64,000 bases of DNA, taken from Lingula anatina (lineage: Eukaryota > Animalia > Brachiopoda). The number at the start of each line of letters is the position of its first letter. Position 1 is the stretch's first letter. The notes beneath the pieces are model-generated. The model searched no databases, was not told the DNA's origin, and saw only the letters and a list, made by a program, of their open reading frames with translations. Made by a program: the position numbers and the translations under genes. The DNA is taken from contig CM120648.1 in the NCBI GenBank assembly GCA_051362555.1, positions 3,096,587-3,160,586 on the forward strand. Reading direction: 5' to 3'. This document shows, one piece after another, positions 31,111-43,003 of this stretch.

Positions 31111-33223
31111 AGCCCATCAAAAACAAGAATATGGTAGACTGTCTTACTCCTAGAGAAACACTGGGTGGAATGAAATAAAATGTCTCTCATGCAATCGATG
31201 GTATCACAAACTTTACATTAACCAATAGCCATTATGTTTTACGAAACAGAACATAATCTCCAACATGTTATACGCCGTGAAATTTTCTCTAAATTCCTTT
31301 GATTTTGTTACAGTTATTACCGCGTCTTATATAAAATGAGCCAATAGGCCTATCACATCAGATCAAAATTTTCGCGATAGGAAGATATAATATTTGCCTT
31401 ACAATGCAACTCTGGCTTTCGAATGAAATCAGACCTACATTAAAATTACCCGCATGTTCGTGGCAATGCTGCGAAGGGTTCCCATCAAAACCCATCCAAA
31501 CACCAGCCTAGCAACAGACGAACAATATGTGGGGTCTCGATTTGAAACCTGTCCGCTTTTGCGTTTTTAATCTCCAAACACTAAAAAAAATCAATTAAGC
31601 TAATAAAAAGGCCAACGTTAAGAACGTATTATATCGTTTGTTTTATATTAATTATTATTAAAGATCATAATAATAAACAAGTCGCATTTCGATGTACTCC
31701 ATGCTATGATCTTTATTTAAAAATAGCAATTTTTTTGAGATAACAAATTGTATCGTATTGCTTGGTTCCGTTGCCTCGCTTTCAATAATTAGAACAGGCT
31801 CTCCAAAATCGTAAGACGAAGTTAAAAATTTTACATTGGCCGAGTTCGCCCCCTGTTAAGAATATCCTCGCAGCATTATCTGCAGTTAACCTTCCTACGA
31901 TTTTCAATGTAGGCCCTATTTTGCAATATAATTTCCAATCCTCCCGATGAAGAATTTTTTTAATCAAGAGTGTGGGAGGGGTGGAAAATCCCCTTGGGGC
32001 CACATATATAACACTTAAAATGCGAAGGGAATTCCCCTTACAATGAAGACAAAATTAATGTTAATCTAATAAAAGTCCGATGGATTTGCTTTTTAATACA
32101 TACAATCAACAGAATATTTCTAATATAACCTCTCAAAACAACACCAGAGAGCAAATTAAATCAAATCAACCAGACGGTAAACACCAACAGGCTTTGTCAA
32201 TTTCACCATTTTTTTTTTCAAACCATAGAAGAAGGGTACTTTTCGCGCATGCGCAGTAGATTGACACCTGTGCTCAGCCTAGCAAAATACATTGAAGCGC
32301 ATGATATATGGTGCCACAACGGTAAGTTTAAAATGGTATTTGGAGTTTCTTTAGATTACTAACAGAATAAAGTTCCTTTTGTTGAATAAATTGGTGGTCT
32401 CCACAAAAAGTAAAACTATCATGTGTTGGGCGTACCTCAGTGCTATGTCCTTATGTTTTTAATCTAGCTTTGGGTGTTAACATAGTTTGTCACCAGACTT
32501 CAGCGTTGTTTGAGTGTTATGAAGTTTAATCAGTAATTTTTTTAATGGTGGAGCTTGCAGCATATGTTATAAATACTTTAAAATAAATTTGTGGCCGGAA
32601 ATGTGCAGCAGTGCAGCTACTTTAAAATTGTTTGTGACAAGGAATGTGGCAATCGCTAAAAATGGCGTGTCGAGATATACGCATGCGTTCTAATCTTTCA
32701 AACTTATCATCCAGACAGAGTCATAATTTTCATTTCAACAAAATCATTGCCCGTATGTCAGGACCACCATATACACTACAATACATATATACGACGCAGC
32801 TAGTGGTGGGTTTTAAGTTACAATAAATATTTCGAATATCAATAGTGGCTCACATACATGTAGACCAACAGCTCCTGATATTTTAAATATTTAATTCATC
32901 AGCAAGTTTATCGCATAATTAACTGAACAGAAAGCTATGTGGGTGGCACGTGCGCCCCCTCTTTCCAATTGCTCAAGTGTTCATTTTGATGTTAGATAGG
33001 CCTACACTGTAGGCCTACTACATTTTGCACTGTGCATTTGTAGCAAACTTTATTTCGCTTTGCATATATACTGAATCAAATTAACTATTTTAAAAGTATT
33101 ATTTTTTCAGGGCACTATATCTATTTAGACTATTTGAAGTAAGAACGTACATTGCGATGATATATGTATATAAACGTACGTTTATTCATAAATTTTTTAG
33201 GCATCTTGTTCAACGCAGACACG

Positions 33224-33685
33224 ATGGGATTTCCTGTGAAAGTGGTTGTAACTCTTGCTGTTATGTCTGTTCTACAATGGCAGGCACGCCCGGAAATAAT
33301 AGAACGAATCTGTCAACCCATACAAACGGTTTTCAGGTTCGAACTGAGAAGAGCAGGTATGTGGCGCCATCTATATACCGTTGCATATTTCCCCAGGGAA
33401 TTGCTCAGTAAACAAAGGGCAATAATGTCTTAATGTCTTTCTTTTATAAGCATTCTGCTCTTTGATGTATTCAGACAAAAACACGAAATGAAATGAAAAT
33501 TGCTCTTTGGTAGTGAGGTAATTGCCTGTAAAGTTTAAAATTGTATCGATAAGATAGCTGATACCGGATTCTTGGCCTGTAATCGTGATAATCATATTAT
33601 CTAAGTGGCCATTACATACTACTGTCATATTATATACAATTGATAAATATTGTTTTAATGTAGGCCCAAATGCTACTATAGGCCT

Positions 33686-33735
<50 letters not shown>

Positions 33736-34255
33736 AGAAGCACTATCCTATAGAGTCATGTTAACATATAATCCAACCAAAATTGGCAAGCGCGGATCAT
33801 CTATGTTAACCATTTTAGTGCTGTTCCTAAATGGAAGACGGTCTGCTGCACTGAGTGCTATTGGTTTGCGCTGCTCGGATCCTTACATGTACCCTCCATA
33901 CCGCCTCATTGAGCTTAAAGCCGAGCCTGGAAACCCCGTTGAGTGGATTGATTTCCCTTACTGTCCCTCCAGAGATCAAGAACCGTTCTACGTTGGGTTC
34001 CGCACGAAAACCATGTCCTCTCTCGGGGCTGCTAACGGCACAGTGGTCACTGACCTTCAGTTTAAGTGCCTGGACGGAACTATACTCTGGGCTAGCGACG
34101 TACTTGAATCTCCACTTGACGGTGCCTGGGGCGACTGGGTCCTTTGTCGTCCATATTATCAAATCTATGGAATGGCGATTGATACGTGGAAAATTCCTGG
34201 TCAAAATGTCACTGCTATTACCAGTGTTGCCGCTAAGTGCACCCGGCAGTTCTAA
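33224..34255 (+). CDS. VMO1-like, copy 2, 2 coding exons, ~189 aa
   Basis: Exons 33224-33356 and 33819-34255 join in frame. Signal-peptide-like MGFPVKVVVTLAVMSVL. Motifs AALSAIGLRC, VVTDLQFKCLDG, GAWGDWVLC, TAITSVAAKC. Clear paralogue of 26859-27924. Confidence 0.75.
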
Positions 34256-34393
34256 AGGCATGTCCTTGTGGTATATTGGTCAAATACCAGGGACGGGAAC
34301 ACCATGCAGTATCTATATATATATTTATATATAGATATAAATATATATATAGAGCTGGACTGGACTGTAAACAAAGACCTGAGGCAAAACAAG

Positions 34394-36541
34394 ATGGTGG
34401 ATCACTACAGTACACTAGGAGTGGTGCCTGAGGCCACTCCAGAAGAGATAAAAGCTGCCTTTACAACAAAAGCAGGTGAGCTACAAGATTTATGTGAGAA
34501 CAATCAGAAACTATTAGAGTCATACAGTATTGCATTTTCTACTTTGATGAATGGAAAAACCAGGATAGTATATGATAGAGAAAATGGTATATCCTCCAAC
34601 TATGATTATGCTGATGAGTACCAAGGGCCAGCTATTGACTCAACTACTCACAATGCCCACTGTGTCGTGGTGAAAATGTCCACGGTAAGCCAAGTTAAAC
34701 GATGGCTTGAGATATGCAGAACATACCATAAACCAGAATCTGAAAATGAAATCAATAGTGGAACAGGGACCCAACTCAAGTTTCCATATACTAACTCATC
34801 AGGTGCTACACTAGGCACAGTTTCACTATCATTCTATCACACATCAAAGTCCAAAAAGTTACACATTCAAGGAGCAGCCTATATGCTATGGTTGGCAAAT
34901 GATTACCCCAAGATTTCACTCCTGGTATCATCACCAAAGAAAATTCAACCACTAAACCCAGAGATTAGCACTCAGCAGTCTAGATCCACGCCACCTGTTA
35001 GTGATACAAGTATCATAGATGAAAACACCCAAACACTCCGCAAGGGATTCAAAACAAAAGTGCGACCAAATCAAAAAGAAGTGAAAAATGAGAGAGAGAT
35101 ATCCAAAATACATGAAACTTTACAAGCAGTAGAAAACCAGTATTCAGAAATAATTTTCAACACAGCAGATGCCAAAAGAGAGGAGGCCAAGTCCAAAAGC
35201 ATACTTAGTGACCAAATAGAGACAATAAAAACAACAATATCCCATATCTCAGCTTTATCAGACTCTAGATACCTGGAAACCACAGCTATACTATCCAAAA
35301 TCACAAAGCAGCTTTACTACCTCACTGAGAAAATTGATGGCAAGCCACAATGTAGAACAACAACTGTCACCACAGGGACACAGTGTGAGACATCAACCAC
35401 CATCTCAAAACAAAAGACAACAATCAACAAAGGGACACAAAGTGAACCATTATCACCCCCCAAACAAAAGGCGACAATCAGCAGTGGAACACAGTGTGAA
35501 GAAGCTGACTACTTAAATATACAGAGGGCCTCCTCTCCACCTGTACAAGCAAATAAGGGACAAGATAAAGATGTTAACAACACTGATAACAAAGCTGATA
35601 GCTCCCTACCACCGGTACCGGTCAAATTGTCACCTGTCAACAAAGCTGCAAAACAACCTGCAATATCACATGTACCAGAACTAACGGCAGTAATACCACC
35701 TCCAGTGTCACCTGCATCTGTCCCAGCATGTGAACCAACCACATCTTCTAGCACAGAAGTACCAGTTATAACTTCCAGTATAGACAATAGTCACCCACAA
35801 ACATCAGCCAACCCAAGCACCAGAAATGAAGGCACAGTGAATATATCAATCTCGGAAATAAATACTTCTCCCCCAGAGGTCGACAATGTTGTAATATCCG
35901 ACTCCATTGGGAAAGGAATTCAAGCTAAAAAACTCTTCCCAAAAACAAATAGCAGTTGCTATGTTTTAAATGGAAAGAAAATTGCGGACGCAAAAAATCT
36001 CATGACTGAAAAACACTTTGGACACCCCAAATCAATTACTATCATCATCGGATCCAACAACATCAGCTCTAACCAACCACCTAATCAAGTTGCAAATGAA
36101 ATGAAAGAACTGATACACTGTGCGAAGCAGCAATATCCAACCACAACAGTCATTGTCTGCAACATCCTCCCACGCTGGGGAAATAAAAGATTCAACGATA
36201 ACGCACAGGAAGCGAATGCCCTTACACATGAATTTTGCAAGACACAACCCAGTGTAAAATATATGCACAATACAAACATTGTGTGCAGAAGGGATTTCTT
36301 CGCTTGGGATGGGATCCACCTATCCCAATCTGGAACAATTGCCCTTGCCCGAAATATCAAGCTAACAACAGGATCCAACCCTTCTACCAATGGAAGATAC
36401 CCACACCCTCCACAACCCCAACACCCATGGAGTAATAGAAAGACCTACCATCATCGTACTAACCAGCAACACCACCTCCGCTTTGGTCATGAACTAAAAC
36501 TGTTGCGTGAATGCTTAAGCAAACTTGAAAGCATACTTTAA
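34394..36541 (+). CDS. LINE ORF1p: N-terminal DnaJ-like domain (no HPD), coiled coil, low-complexity linker, SGNH/GDSL esterase domain
   Basis: MVDHYSTLGVVPEATPEEIKAAF...AFSTLMNGKTRIVYDRE matches the J-domain helix I/II and III/IV pattern. Esterase blocks VISDSI, IIIGSNNI and DGIHLS. First ATG at 34394. Confidence 0.85.
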   Translation: MVDHYSTLGVVPEATPEEIKAAFTTKAGELQDLCENNQKLLESYSIAFSTLMNGKTRIVYDRENGISSNYDYADEYQGPAIDSTTHNAHCVVVKMSTVSQVKRWLEICRTYHKPESENEINSGTGTQLKFPYTNSSGATLGTVSLSFYHTSKSKKLHIQGAAYMLWLANDYPKISLLVSSPKKIQPLNPEISTQQSRSTPPVSDTSIIDENTQTLRKGFKTKVRPNQKEVKNEREISKIHETLQAVENQYSEIIFNTADAKREEAKSKSILSDQIETIKTTISHISALSDSRYLETTAILSKITKQLYYLTEKIDGKPQCRTTTVTTGTQCETSTTISKQKTTINKGTQSEPLSPPKQKATISSGTQCEEADYLNIQRASSPPVQANKGQDKDVNNTDNKADSSLPPVPVKLSPVNKAAKQPAISHVPELTAVIPPPVSPASVPACEPTTSSSTEVPVITSSIDNSHPQTSANPSTRNEGTVNISISEINTSPPEVDNVVISDSIGKGIQAKKLFPKTNSSCYVLNGKKIADAKNLMTEKHFGHPKSITIIIGSNNISSNQPPNQVANEMKELIHCAKQQYPTTTVIVCNILPRWGNKRFNDNAQEANALTHEFCKTQPSVKYMHNTNIVCRRDFFAWDGIHLSQSGTIALARNIKLTTGSNPSTNGRYPHPPQPQHPWSNRKTYHHRTNQQHHLRFGHELKLLRECLSKLESIL

Positions 36542-37005
36542 TATGGTATCTTAACGGATTATTTGAAACCTGAGACATTTAAAGTATTCTAAAGTGACAC
36601 TGACCTATTTTGTATTAACAAAGTAAATATGTAAGTATTTACACTTATCTTCTTATCCTCCACCCCTTATGTGACAGTGAATGAGGAAAAACATGTAAGT
36701 ACTCTATTATCAACATCTAAAAAAAATCAGGTTAGTGATACTTAGCTGAACTTCATACTCAATAGTAAACAATGGCTCAATGTTACAATCATTTTATTTA
36801 TTTATTTATTTATTTTAATACTTATTTTAATATTCAATATCAAAGTGATAAGCAGATAAGCATTGGTCAAATAATCACATAGGGCAACATTATCATTGAA
36901 GCATTTTTATATTAGAGAAACTTGTCTAGGTGAAATAGAAAATAAGGTTCAAGGCATTTAGTGTTATTTTAGAGCTATTACCCATCTTAATACTCACGTT
37001 TGATA

Positions 37006-40000
37006 ATGTTGCGTATCGGCATGCGCAATGTAAGGGGGTTAGCAAAAAAATTAAGTGATGATAACTTCATCTCCACGGTACAAAGTTTTGACATCTTCGT
37101 ATGCATAGAAACTTTTAGCACTGTAAGATCAAAGATAGCACTACCTGGTGGCACCCATGGACACACTGAACAACTCAGAACAAAAACTAAAATGAAAGGC
37201 AGACCATCAGGTGGAATAGTGATATATTACAAAAAAGAACTTATGAAAAGCATCCATGTACTTAGTAGTAAGAGTGAAAATCTACTGTGGGTTAAACTTG
37301 CCAGTGAACATGTTGGTCTGGAGAAAGATGTATTTTTATGTGCAGTATATGTTAAGCCCTGCAATGGCCCTTCAGATGAAAGAACTATAGAAATATTAGA
37401 AGAGGAAATTGCTAATTATCAACCACATGGGTCAATATGCCTAATTGGAGATTTTAATGCAAGAACCGGGACATTACCCGACTTTATTAAAGATGATAAT
37501 ATGTTTGGTATACCTATGACTGCTAGTTACCCAACAAATAGATTGTCACAGAAGAGAAATAATATTGATACTATAGTCAACACACAAGGAAAAACTTTGC
37601 TGGAATTGTGTAGGAGTAGCAATTTAAGAATCCTCAATGGTAGAACTAAAGGTAATTTAGTTGGCTATCCTACCTGCTTTAACAAGCATGGATGCAGTGC
37701 AGTAGACTATGCCATTACAAGTGAAGGACTGATGAGCAAAGTAATGTATCTTACAGTGTCACCCATAGATTACCTATCAGATCATTGTCTGTTGGACCTT
37801 GCAATCAGCACCACAGGTACAAAAGCCATGTCAAATGCCCACTCAATCCATAAATTTAAAGACCGCTACATCTGGGATACAGAGTCAGCTGAAATTTTTT
37901 TAAAAGCTCTTGAAACTGAGGAAAGTCTAAAATCAATCAGTCAAGCACAGACTACACACTTCCCAGTCTCTAAAGATGGAATCAAAAATGCCTGCGATAA
38001 ACTCACAGTTATCATTGAAAAAGCTGCAGACATGTCTCTTCGTAAAAGAAAAGCTGCTACAAACACAAAAACAAAACAGAAACCAAAAAGAATGAAAAAA
38101 CAACCATGGTTCGACAACACTTGTTCTGAAATTAGGAGGAATATCAAACATCTTGGAAAACTATTACAAAATAATCCGCATAACAACTATATCTCACAAA
38201 CTTTCCACATAACTACAAAGAAATATAAACAACTGCTAAGGCAAAAAAAGAGGGAATACAAAGATGCACTGTTAACAAAACTGCTGAATTCTGAAAAAAA
38301 CAACCCAAAAGAATTTTGGAAAACACTAAAAACCCTGAAGGAAAGAGAGGACAAAAGTAACATAATCAGTCCAGATACCTGGCAACAACATTTTCACCAA
38401 CTCTGTGGAATCCCCCCTACAGATAATCAGCAAATAAATGATGAAATAAAAAGATACGAGGAAATGGAAGGAGACCTTGTCCTAAATAGTCCCATAACAA
38501 TTGGAGAAGTAAAGAACGCTATCAAAAAACTAAAAAATGGCAAGGCAGCTGGTGAAGACTCTATTAGAAATGAAATGTTAAAAACAGGAGTAAATTACCT
38601 AGTGGGACTAATAACAAAAATCTTTAACTTAGCACTAAATACATGCGAAACCCCGGATGCCTGGAACTTAGGCCTAATACTGCCCTTATATAAATCTGGA
38701 GATCGAACTGACCCATCAAATTATAGAGGCCTATGCATAACAAGCTGTTTAGGGAAACTGTTCAATTCTATACTGACAAATAGAATCACTCAATTCATAG
38801 AAACAAATCAAAAGCTAAGTGAAGAACAAGCTGGGTTCAGACCTGGGTATCGCACAACAGATCATATATTTACCCTAAAGTCTGTCATAAACAAATATCT
38901 AAACAAAAATAAACGTCTCTATACCTGCTTTGTCGATCTTCGTAAAGCCTTTGATACAGTCTGGCATAAAGGTCTGTTTATAAAACTCCTGAGACAAGGT
39001 ATCAGAGGCAAAATATACAAACTCATAAAGTACATGTACAATAATACAAGACTAGGCGTATCGGTTCACACTGGTTTCACTGAACCCTTTTTGTCCAAAA
39101 TTGGCATACGGCAAGGTGATAACCTTAGTCCAGTACTTTTCAACATTTTCATAGATGACATAAAAAGTGAACTTCACATAAATGATACCTCAACAAGAGT
39201 TGATGGTCTAAGTCACATACTATACGCTGACGACCTAGTCTTACTCTCACAAACAAAAGAAGGACTACAGACCCTACTTAACAAACTTGAAAACTACTGT
39301 CTGAAGTGGAAATTGAAGGTGAATGAAAATAAATCTAAAGTTATGGTATTCAATAAGCTTGGGAAAATTGACCCACATACGTTTACCATAAATAACAGAC
39401 CTATAGAAACAGTTAAGCAATTCTCATACTTAGGAATAATTTTTACAAACACAGGATCCTTAAAACAGACAATGGAAAACCTCAAACAAAAGGCCCTCAA
39501 AGCTATGTTTTCATTAAAAGGGATGCTAAATTCTCAAGAAATTTCCTCACCCCTACTTACTATGAAACTTTTTGACCAAATGATTAAACCAATCCTGCTA
39601 TATGGCTGTGAGGTTTGGGCACAAGAGATATTTATAGACAAAAAAATGACACTACACAAATTGAATAAGATGCCATTTGAACAGATACATTTAAAAATGT
39701 GTAAATGGACACTAGGTTTAAGAAAAACTTCCAGCAGTAATGCTTGCAGGGCAGAACTTGGACGCCTTCCACTGTATTTAGACATTGTAAGTTTGGTGTC
39801 CAAATACAGTGCAAGACTGGACAACCTTCCAACTCACAGACTAGTCAAACAAGCTTACGACATGGAGCAAACAGAAAAGGGAAAAAACTGGTTTTGGGCT
39901 ACTACAAATCTTTCGGCATGCTGGGAAGTTTACCACCCAAATAACAACACACATACTAAAATCCACAACCACCAATACCTAAAGGAAGAAATAATAAAAA

Positions 40001-40449
40001 AAATAAAGTCAAATTTTTGGGAAGAATTGCAAAAAGGAGAAAACAATAAACTCAGAACATATGGAAAAATTAAACACACTTATGAGGCTGAACCTTATGT
40101 AAAACTCAATGTTCCTTTAGCTCAAAAAAGGGTATTAGCAAAAATGAGAATCAGTGATCATGAATTAGAAATTGAAAGAGGGCGATATACAAAACCAAAG
40201 AAGCCAATTGACAAAAGGAAATGCCCCCACTGCGACTCAGTAGAAGATGAAGCACACTTTTTTCTAGAATGCAGTGAACACAGAGTCGAACGGGAAATGC
40301 TGGTCGCTTCCATACCAGAGGTGAATTTGCAGGGTCCAACAGACAATAAACTATCTATTTTACTCAATCCACTCTCTGCGCAGAGTGTGATTGCCATATG
40401 TAAATTTGTTAACAGTGCAATTAAAAAGCGTGTATCCCTGCGTGGATGA
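37006..40449 (+). CDS. LINE ORF2p: apurinic-like endonuclease, reverse transcriptase and C-terminal Cys/His motif
   Basis: EN motifs NVRGL, CIETF, GDFNAR, VDYAI, SDH. RT motifs NYRGLC, QAGFRPG, FVDLRKAFDTV, GIRQGDNLSP, LYADD. C-terminal CPHC-x7-H-x4-C. Uninterrupted ~1147 codons. Confidence 0.96.
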   Translation: MLRIGMRNVRGLAKKLSDDNFISTVQSFDIFVCIETFSTVRSKIALPGGTHGHTEQLRTKTKMKGRPSGGIVIYYKKELMKSIHVLSSKSENLLWVKLASEHVGLEKDVFLCAVYVKPCNGPSDERTIEILEEEIANYQPHGSICLIGDFNARTGTLPDFIKDDNMFGIPMTASYPTNRLSQKRNNIDTIVNTQGKTLLELCRSSNLRILNGRTKGNLVGYPTCFNKHGCSAVDYAITSEGLMSKVMYLTVSPIDYLSDHCLLDLAISTTGTKAMSNAHSIHKFKDRYIWDTESAEIFLKALETEESLKSISQAQTTHFPVSKDGIKNACDKLTVIIEKAADMSLRKRKAATNTKTKQKPKRMKKQPWFDNTCSEIRRNIKHLGKLLQNNPHNNYISQTFHITTKKYKQLLRQKKREYKDALLTKLLNSEKNNPKEFWKTLKTLKEREDKSNIISPDTWQQHFHQLCGIPPTDNQQINDEIKRYEEMEGDLVLNSPITIGEVKNAIKKLKNGKAAGEDSIRNEMLKTGVNYLVGLITKIFNLALNTCETPDAWNLGLILPLYKSGDRTDPSNYRGLCITSCLGKLFNSILTNRITQFIETNQKLSEEQAGFRPGYRTTDHIFTLKSVINKYLNKNKRLYTCFVDLRKAFDTVWHKGLFIKLLRQGIRGKIYKLIKYMYNNTRLGVSVHTGFTEPFLSKIGIRQGDNLSPVLFNIFIDDIKSELHINDTSTRVDGLSHILYADDLVLLSQTKEGLQTLLNKLENYCLKWKLKVNENKSKVMVFNKLGKIDPHTFTINNRPIETVKQFSYLGIIFTNTGSLKQTMENLKQKALKAMFSLKGMLNSQEISSPLLTMKLFDQMIKPILLYGCEVWAQEIFIDKKMTLHKLNKMPFEQIHLKMCKWTLGLRKTSSSNACRAELGRLPLYLDIVSLVSKYSARLDNLPTHRLVKQAYDMEQTEKGKNWFWATTNLSACWEVYHPNNNTHTKIHNHQYLKEEIIKKIKSNFWEELQKGENNKLRTYGKIKHTYEAEPYVKLNVPLAQKRVLAKMRISDHELEIERGRYTKPKKPIDKRKCPHCDSVEDEAHFFLECSEHRVEREMLVASIPEVNLQGPTDNKLSILLNPLSAQSVIAICKFVNSAIKKRVSLRG

Positions 40450-40889
40450 GCATAGTTTATTACTTAAATTATTCTTTTTAATATTTGTATTAGTTAGAGA
40501 GCCTGTAAATGTAAACCATTTCTTTGTGCTCAATAAATTATTATTATATTTATTGACACCAAATGATAAATGGTCTTTTGAAACCAAAAGATTATTTTGG
40601 TCTTTTTCCGGACACTGGCCGACTAACGGGTGGCACAGGTTGAATGATATTTTGTACTCAGTGTATTTTAATTTTAAATTAAAAAAGATTTCAGTGGGTT
40701 ATTTTTTTCTGTAATATTTTACTTTTTTTCAAGGTACTAAAAGAAAGCAAAAACTTCCTGTTGTTTAAATAAGTTTTGAAAAAGCCCTGCAGGGTCACTT
40801 TGACACCAATTCTTTCATTGATTTCACCAGTAAGGTATTGTAAAATATATATTGGCAACAGAATACAGATGCTCCCAGTGTCCAAGCGT

Positions 40890-42135
40890 AATTTTCTCAA
40901 AGACCAACATACACTGCTTCTGTATAACACATATGAGGTACAGTCCGCAAAGTGTTTTCACTTCAACTGCCATTGTCTCATATGATAAAGATCTTGCACT
41001 CCAACATTTTTCTGTGTTGTTAAAATTGCTTTCCACGCCATCTTCCGATACGAAATGATGCACTCTCACACCAGATCGCATAGACTGACTTGAAGTGGAA
41101 ATGATAACACCTGCAAGTTATAACAGAGCTTCTACTAAGAGTATCGTCAACGATAAGAGTTGCGTCAGAGTTTTGTGTTTAAACTCAATTTTGAAATTGA
41201 ACGACATTAACTTTTTTTCCCTTTAATTGATAATGTGCAAGTAGCTTTTGAAGCTAAGATAAATAAACCCGATTTCAACGATGAACATTTTTAGGTCGAA
41301 GTGTGACCTCTCTCTATCTCTCTTGAAAAGTATGAATAAGCCTACTTTAAATATAGCAGCGCTCTAAACTGACGAAAAACACCTTTTTCTGAGTTTTCTA
41401 AAACGAATATTTAGGAAATTTTGCAAGAAAGAATGTATGGCTTTAGCGTGCATTAATGACTTTTAGTGAACTTTTATTTCTCTTTTTTTTTTAACAATCT
41501 ACGAACAAATGCTTATTGCTTACGTTTTCGTTTTAACATAAATTACAGTTAGGATCATCAGCAGTTACATATAAAGTTTAACCATTTAAGCTTGCACTCT
41601 TTCATGTCAGCCAGGACTACGCAAAGAGTTGCATCAACATTTTGCTTTTTGACTCAATCTTTACATTAAACGACATTAACTCACCCACATTTTCTGATGC
41701 TGTGCTTCTTTTTCCAATTAGATCCCATTTATATACCCGCATTTTGCAACACAATACGTGGTTAATTACCGGAGAGAGAAATGCATTAAAGCACAGCACA
41801 CTATTTAAAAGAAAGATACCGTTTTAACACAGAGGTAAGAAGGCACTGGTGTTAAGATGTAAATAATATTTAAATGCTAAATCCGTATTTTGTTCCATTT
41901 TTCTTCCAGATGAATTATATGAATATTTGTTTGAAGTCTTGAAAGAATACGTTCTTCTCGTTGAAAATATGGGTAGTCTTCATAGCACGCTCGCTCTTAA
42001 ACACGTGGCGTGGAACTTAAAATGTTTCTGTTTTGAAAGGGAAATCTCTTCCTTCTAAAACGTTTTAGATTAAGAGTAGGGCCTATCTAATGCATATATA
42101 TATGATACTAAGGGATCACTTATTTTGGTCAATAC
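40890..42135. repeat. Diverged segmental duplicate of 25260-25955 (upstream region of the VMO1-like genes)
   Basis: Shared blocks such as GATAAAGATCT, GATACGAAATGAT, GACTTGAAGTGGAA, ACACCTGCAAGT, CTAAGAGTATC, GCATTTTGCAAC and AATCCGTATTTTGTT occur in the same order. Confidence 0.75.
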
Positions 42136-43003
42136 CGATACATGAAATAAGTTCGCATAGACAAATTGCACCCATTTTAAAATTCGGATACTCACCGAAC
42201 TGCTTAATGTAGCCTACTGATAACTTTCTATTGTTCATGAATTGTCATTCGTTTCGGTAATCCGACAAATTCTTTTTTCAAGGACAGATTGGATGTGATA
42301 GGAAATATGCGGCTAAACGTCTTTTAATACAAGCCAGGGCCCAGTTTTATCAACACTGAGTAGTGCTATCCTATGGATAACACTATCCTTTGGATAAAAT
42401 TGCTATCCTCTGGAAAGTTATCCTGAGGATAGCAGCCTTCTTTACCAAAAAAAAGCTATATCGGAGACAAAAATTAGTATCCATTTGTGACCTTACTCTA
42501 ACTAGGTAACATTGCAATTGCAATCAACGTAGGCCTAAATCCGCCCATTAGAGTCAATTTCCCTTATCTTGATTACGTGTGTCCTTTGGTATTTTGAGAA
42601 AAATGAAAATGGACATCATCTGCAATTTAGGAATATAAGACGTCAAGAGAAAAACAATCCCCTTTATCAGATTAAGCTCAATCTGTGTGCCTCGAAATTG
42701 ATTAATACTTTGGCACCAAGTGAGAGAAGAATATCATAAGTTGTGTCATGGTATTAAGAGAAGGTGGTTTTTCTTCGATCAAGAGTTTAAACTGTTCACC
42801 AAAATTATTTGGATAGCCTCATTTCCTGATGAAGATGCTCTCAGAGACATTGAAATATTAGAGCTTATATTAGTTTACAATATAAGCTGACGATTTAACA
42901 GAAACTACCGTATTCTAATATTGAAACTACCTTGAAAATGGACTGGTAAATGGTCATTTTTCAAAAATTGTAGGATAGAATTATCTCGCTAAGGACAGCC
43001 ACG

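Larger units (their letters stand above)
34352..40550 (+). mobile_element. Apparently full-length two-ORF LINE (CR1/L2/Daphne group)
   Basis: Short 5' UTR after a TA-rich tract, open ORF1 and ORF2, and a 3' end AATAAA(TTA)n at ~40532-40550. Confidence 0.92.

Noticed and set aside
34268-34393. N-terminal 42 aa extension of LINE ORF1 in the ORF track
   Set aside because: It starts at GTG and runs through a TA microsatellite. The plausible start is the ATG at 34394.
42820-42865. CTGATGAAG...GAAATATT resembling a Penelope-type minimal hammerhead
   Set aside because: Stem II is imperfect and stem I is not convincing. At most a decayed remnant.
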